This document shows, in pieces, positions 60,010 to 64,000 of a stretch of 64,000 nt of DNA. The stretch spans positions 186,001 to 250,000 of the IMG/VR virus record IMGVR_UViG_3300030019_000003; one strand, given 5' to 3'. Below the pieces are notes generated by a model, which worked only from the letters and a program-made list of their open reading frames with translations, was not told the origin of the DNA and did not search any database. The translations under genes were made by a program, and so were the position numbers. How positions within the stretch are numbered: position 1 is the stretch's first letter; each line of letters opens with the position of its first letter.

Positions 60010-60595
60010 TTGCAGCCTCCTCTTTAACGATTTCATTAATTTTAAATGTGTTAAGTTTATCCTTAGGATTAACTTCTATGGTCTGGCTATAAACATTACC
60101 TTGTGAATCTTTACCACGCCACGATAACACACATTCACCTACGATCTCTAATACAGGATAAGGTGAGATGTATTCATTATTACCACGGATCTTGCCACTC
60201 GCACCAGCGCCTAATAATGCAGCTTTTACAGAATGCTTATAGGTAACATCTACAAAGTTAAAGTTAGGAATTTCCCAGAAGAGTAAGATATCTTGTTTGT
60301 GACCAGGATCGTTATCAATAGTGATACAATAGAGTTCGTTACCGCGAGTATCTTTAACACAAACTCCTTTTTTCATAACAGGTTTTAGAATGTAATTATT
60401 ATTATTAAGCTCTAATACGTCATTAACAGTTCTAGGTGAAAAAAACTTATGGTTAAGAGAACACACATAGCTCCATAATTTCTGAGCTCTGCGCCCATGC
60501 CATATATTAAAATAGAGACTTCCTGTTCTTAAGTTTTCGATAACGGTAGCTTGGGCTGGACTAGCTGTTTCACTATTTAATCTTACAACTCGCAT
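59990..60595 (-). CDS. Conserved phiKZ-like hypothetical protein
   Basis: HGRRAQKLW and ILLFWEIPN motifs. Confidence 0.65.
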   Translation of the reverse strand: MRVVRLNSETASPAQATVIENLRTGSLYFNIWHGRRAQKLWSYVCSLNHKFFSPRTVNDVLELNNNNYILKPVMKKGVCVKDTRGNELYCITIDNDPGHKQDILLFWEIPNFNFVDVTYKHSVKAALLGAGASGKIRGNNEYISPYPVLEIVGECVLSWRGKDSQGNVYSQTIEVNPKDKLNTFKINEIVKEEAANDDKKS

Positions 60596-60686
60596 TAGAT
60601 ATCCTTGTCATTTTGTCACTGAATACGGTATGGGTAATATTCGATAATGACTGGAATAATTGAAAGAATGAAAAAAAGGAAAGCCC

Positions 60687-62495
60687 GTGGTATTGACAAA
60701 ATATACTTTAGGGGAATATGGTTTCTTATTAAAAGATCCACCATCCTCTCCGGAATTTAACAAAATAGCGACGGACTTGTCGCCTATGCAATTAGCTGTA
60801 GTGGCCAATCGTGTTAGTGCTACTGTGAAAAGTGAAGAATTAATAGAGCTTGTCTATAATAATCTTAACCTTTATAAGGATATAGAATTATTAAAAGATG
60901 TCTATGTAGGTGCTGATCTTATCGTATCCCATATTAACAAAGGGTCGCGAATAGGTTTAGTTACAGACTACGATTCTGATGGTATTAACTCAGCCGTTGT
61001 TTTAACAAAAACGATGCTAGATGTTTTTAAAATACCTAAAGAAAAAGTTGTTACTATTATTAATAAACGAAAAAATGGTAACGGATTTAATAAGATTCTT
61101 ATAGATACGGTACTAACAGAAAAGAATACAAGAGGACTAGATATTATTATTTGTGCTGATCATGGCTCAAGTGATAATATTGCTTTTAAGGTACTTAAAG
61201 AAGCTGGTCTAGATATAGTATTAACCGATCACCATCAGATTCCTGAAAGTAATTATCCAGCCTATGCAGATGTTGTTATTAACAATCAGAGAGCAGATAG
61301 TTATTTTTCTAAGGATGTCTCTGGGTGCTGTGTTGCGTTCATAACAATGTTAGCGACATTTGAAAAACTATACGGTCGTAAAGCCGAAACAGAATTTGAT
61401 GCTATTCTTCCTTATGTATGTATCTCTACAGTTACAGATGTTATGGCATTAAATGTTTCTTATAATCGACACCTTATAGCCTCAGGTCTTAATGAGATTA
61501 ATTCTTATAGAAATAAAACATGGGCTGCTATCTTTAGTGCGCTAGGCATTTCTGGAAAGATAACCTATAAAGATATAGGTTTTAAAATAGGACCATTGAT
61601 AAACACAGGTAATAGATTAGATTGTGAAGAGTTAGTATTTGAACTCTTAATGGAAAAAGAGCACAAACAGGCATTTCAATTAGCTCTTAAGTTATCAGAA
61701 TTTAACGATTACCGTAAAGAGGTAACTAAAAAGCTTCATAAGCATATTATTGCTAATTATGAACATGATGATGCTAAAGTAGTCGTATGTGTTACCGAAA
61801 CAGATATTGATGTTAAAGGTATCATTGCTACTAAAGTAGGATTAATGCTAGGTAAGACATGTGTATGTTTTACAGAAAAAGATACTAAGTACTCTGGTAG
61901 TGCTAGAGGAATTGTTTATGGTGTTAATGTTCATGATGCTTTAACACGTATTACAACAGAACATCCTGGTATCATTTGTATAGCTGATAGCGGACAACCA
62001 GAATACGGTGGTCATGAGGGTGCTGCTGGTGTTAATGTTTATAAAGATAAACTAGACGCTTTTAAAGAGGCTTTTAATACTTATATTTCAGAACAACTTT
62101 CTAATATAGTAGTATCAGATACAATTACGGTAGATGCTATTATTAAAAATGTAGATATAACCCCTAACTTACCTATGGTCTTAGATGTTTGTGGCCCATA
62201 TGGTAAAGACTGGGAGAAACCTCTTTTAATCTCTACCTTTAAACTTGATACTATTATTAATATGGGATCAATATGTAAAATCATGTTACGATGTGACAAC
62301 GGGGCTATTGTAGAAGGATTCCATTTCTTTAACACTATTGGTAAATATACTGCTAAGAACATTAAAGAATTTATACATAGAGGTGACGAAGTAGTTGTAT
62401 CGTATAATGTTGACATAGAACGATATAACGATGTCTATGGTGTATCTATAACGATCAACTCTATTGAAAAAATAAGGACAAATGATGGGGACTAA
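60687..62495 (+). CDS. recJ: RecJ-like ssDNA exonuclease (DHH/DHHA1)
   Basis: DYDSDG, DHG, DHH, TVTDVM, GPLINTGNRL, GSARG and GGHEGAAG. Confidence 0.9.
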   Translation: MVLTKYTLGEYGFLLKDPPSSPEFNKIATDLSPMQLAVVANRVSATVKSEELIELVYNNLNLYKDIELLKDVYVGADLIVSHINKGSRIGLVTDYDSDGINSAVVLTKTMLDVFKIPKEKVVTIINKRKNGNGFNKILIDTVLTEKNTRGLDIIICADHGSSDNIAFKVLKEAGLDIVLTDHHQIPESNYPAYADVVINNQRADSYFSKDVSGCCVAFITMLATFEKLYGRKAETEFDAILPYVCISTVTDVMALNVSYNRHLIASGLNEINSYRNKTWAAIFSALGISGKITYKDIGFKIGPLINTGNRLDCEELVFELLMEKEHKQAFQLALKLSEFNDYRKEVTKKLHKHIIANYEHDDAKVVVCVTETDIDVKGIIATKVGLMLGKTCVCFTEKDTKYSGSARGIVYGVNVHDALTRITTEHPGIICIADSGQPEYGGHEGAAGVNVYKDKLDAFKEAFNTYISEQLSNIVVSDTITVDAIIKNVDITPNLPMVLDVCGPYGKDWEKPLLISTFKLDTIINMGSICKIMLRCDNGAIVEGFHFFNTIGKYTAKNIKEFIHRGDEVVVSYNVDIERYNDVYGVSITINSIEKIRTNDGD

Positions 62496-62901
62496 TGTTG
62501 TTGGTATACCTACCCTAACCGCTGATGGTTCAATAACAGATTATTACGAAATACTCAAAAAGCAATTTGAATATTTCTTAGCCTGTGATCATTCGCAGTC
62601 TAATTATTTTATAGGTAACATACAGAGTTTGAAGTATATACTTACTTTAAAGAAAGATCCTAACGATATAGCCTATGCTATTAAAGAGGCTCTTAAAGCT
62701 TTGTATGCTAGTTACTTTACGTCAACAACAATAAGTATCAACATCGATGATAGTACAAGTATTGTTGTCTATACTATTGATGTTAAAGCCTATGTTGGAA
62801 CAACTCTTTATGAAATGAGCGGAGTTATTGATGGAACGCTTGCTAACACTAACAACTACGCTGAAGCGTTAGCTAATCTGATTAAAAAATACTATTATTA
62901 A
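62482..62901 (+). CDS. Putative baseplate wedge (gp25-like) protein
   Basis: YFLACDHSQSNYF.GNIQSL and LKALYASYF motifs; size consistent. Confidence 0.5.
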   Translation: MMGTNVVGIPTLTADGSITDYYEILKKQFEYFLACDHSQSNYFIGNIQSLKYILTLKKDPNDIAYAIKEALKALYASYFTSTTISINIDDSTSIVVYTIDVKAYVGTTLYEMSGVIDGTLANTNNYAEALANLIKKYYY

Positions 62902-62909
62902 GGCAACCT

Positions 62910-63572
62910 ATGGATACGTCAAAAACACAATCACCTACGGCTACAGTAGGTGTTGATAAAAATTTGTTACAAGATTATGCTAAAGAATTGCAGCTTGAAG
63001 CTAGCGATCAAATTGGCAAAGATATTCATGCTATTTTTGTGGATATTACACGTGAGGATACTAAGACTATTCCTGAATCTGTTTTTAAAGCAAGATTTCT
63101 TGGAAAGTTTAAAGCTATTCGAGAGGATACTAAAGGTGAAGGAAATCATGAAGCAGTTGTTCGTGAGTTTATAACCTATACAGGATCACCTTACGCAGGT
63201 GTTGACGTTATAAATTCCGCAGGAGAAGTTGTTGTAACAACTCCTGGTATTTATAGTCGCGCTAATGTTGACCTAGCGGAAACAGGTAAACAAGGTATTT
63301 CGGATAAGATGTTAACCTATAAAGAAAAGGTAGCCTTCTCCCCTATCCAAGCAAATGCTTTCATACGCAGTGTGATGAGCGCATCTGTTCAAACATTAAG
63401 AACTGATATTAATACAGACGCAGACCAATGGAAACAAGTGTTTGATACTTTTGATACGACTAAGAAAAAAGTAGTTGCAGCTGAGAATAATAATGAAGAT
63501 GAAGCCGTATTTAAACCAAAAGGGCTTGGAAAATCATTAAGTCAGTTAGCTGCTGAAGATACGGATCAATAG
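62910..63572 (+). CDS. Conserved phiKZ-like hypothetical protein
   Basis: IPESVFK..FL and YTGSPYAGVDVI...G motifs. Confidence 0.6.
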   Translation: MDTSKTQSPTATVGVDKNLLQDYAKELQLEASDQIGKDIHAIFVDITREDTKTIPESVFKARFLGKFKAIREDTKGEGNHEAVVREFITYTGSPYAGVDVINSAGEVVVTTPGIYSRANVDLAETGKQGISDKMLTYKEKVAFSPIQANAFIRSVMSASVQTLRTDINTDADQWKQVFDTFDTTKKKVVAAENNNEDEAVFKPKGLGKSLSQLAAEDTDQ

Positions 63573-63886
63573 TGTTTAGTAAGATTAGCGATACTGAGTA
63601 TCTTTTAAAAGAACCCAGACCGTTTATAGAACAGGCTGATCAGGTATTTAAATTAATACATGGTAATGATCTTACTGATTTTGAACCTGTAACCTCTAAA
63701 GAACTTTATAACAGTATACTATCTCGCATAGTAGCAGTAGAGTTCTTAAAGAAAGGAATGCCTGAAACGTCTACTAACTTTGTAAACATACGTGTTAAGG
63801 CTAAAGATGAGGAGATACTGTGTGTAGCAGGTACTCTTGTATTAAACGATAAATGTAAAAAAACGTCAGGTGTACTATACAAGTAG
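63572..63886 (+). CDS. Hypothetical protein
   Basis: GTG start overlaps the upstream TAG; stop lies in a palindrome. Confidence 0.55.
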   Translation: MFSKISDTEYLLKEPRPFIEQADQVFKLIHGNDLTDFEPVTSKELYNSILSRIVAVEFLKKGMPETSTNFVNIRVKAKDEEILCVAGTLVLNDKCKKTSGVLYK

Positions 63887-63907
63887 GGAATTCCCTACTT
63901 GTATAGT
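63874..63907. terminator. Perfect 34-bp palindrome
   Basis: ACTATACAAGTAGGGAA|TTCCCTACTTGTATAGT. Confidence 0.8.
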
Positions 63908-64000
63908 TATGCTGTTTTTTCTTGGTCTATAGGTTTTGTAACCATGATAAATAGAATAGCGCTAAGTGTTTTCTTAGCAAAATTATAACTGTAAAAAATA

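Noticed and set aside
4320-62416. Numerous 60-140-aa ORFs nested in or antisense to long genes (e.g. 7488-7784, 13926-14309, 20352-20777, 33727-34035, 44650-44952, 62081-62416)
   Set aside because: They lie within well-supported genes, lack RBSs or motifs, and are expected shadow ORFs.
3112-63907. Palindromes as MITEs/REPs or integron attC sites
   Set aside because: Inner arm sequences differ between copies, there are no target duplications, and no transposase or integrase is present; position at gene ends fits terminators.
1-64000. tRNA, rRNA or CRISPR array
   Set aside because: No cloverleaf with T-loop and CCA, no rRNA-like stretch and no regularly spaced direct repeats seen by eye. The palindromes are unrelated in sequence and scattered. 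tRNAscan-SE was not run.
1-64000. Stop-codon reassignment (alternative genetic code)
   Set aside because: Long core genes are intact in code 11 and TAA, TAG and TGA all end genes. The two apparent breaks are explained by an intron and a frameshift.

Overview
AT-rich segment of a phiKZ-like, nucleus-forming jumbo phage (Chimalliviridae). It encodes chimallin (ChmA), the PhuZ tubulin, two virion RNA polymerase subunits, one non-virion RNAP beta' subunit, the polymerase half of a split family-B DNA polymerase, prohead protease, tail sheath and tube, an SbcC-like ATPase, RecJ, a SNF2-like helicase, a spanin pair, a signal-peptide lytic transglycosylase and a dimeric dUTPase. The dUTPase resembles the Campylobacter enzyme, which hints at a Campylobacterota host (inference). 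Four features are not shown by the ORF track: (1) an ORF-less 484-nt group I intron splitting the nvRNAP beta' gene right after NADFDGD, whose IGS pairing implies an atypical terminal A instead of omega-G; (2) a likely programmed -1 frameshift (T TTT TTC) fusing a tail/baseplate chaperone-like gene pair; (3) a class 3 (Ala1, W-C-T) intein with a decayed homing endonuclease in the helicase P-loop; (4) a 33-nt promoter-like element shared by chmA and a small protein with HU/IHF-like sequence features. About 18 long near-perfect palindromes mark gene ends. All homology calls are from motif recognition and synteny recalled by eye; no database searches were run.
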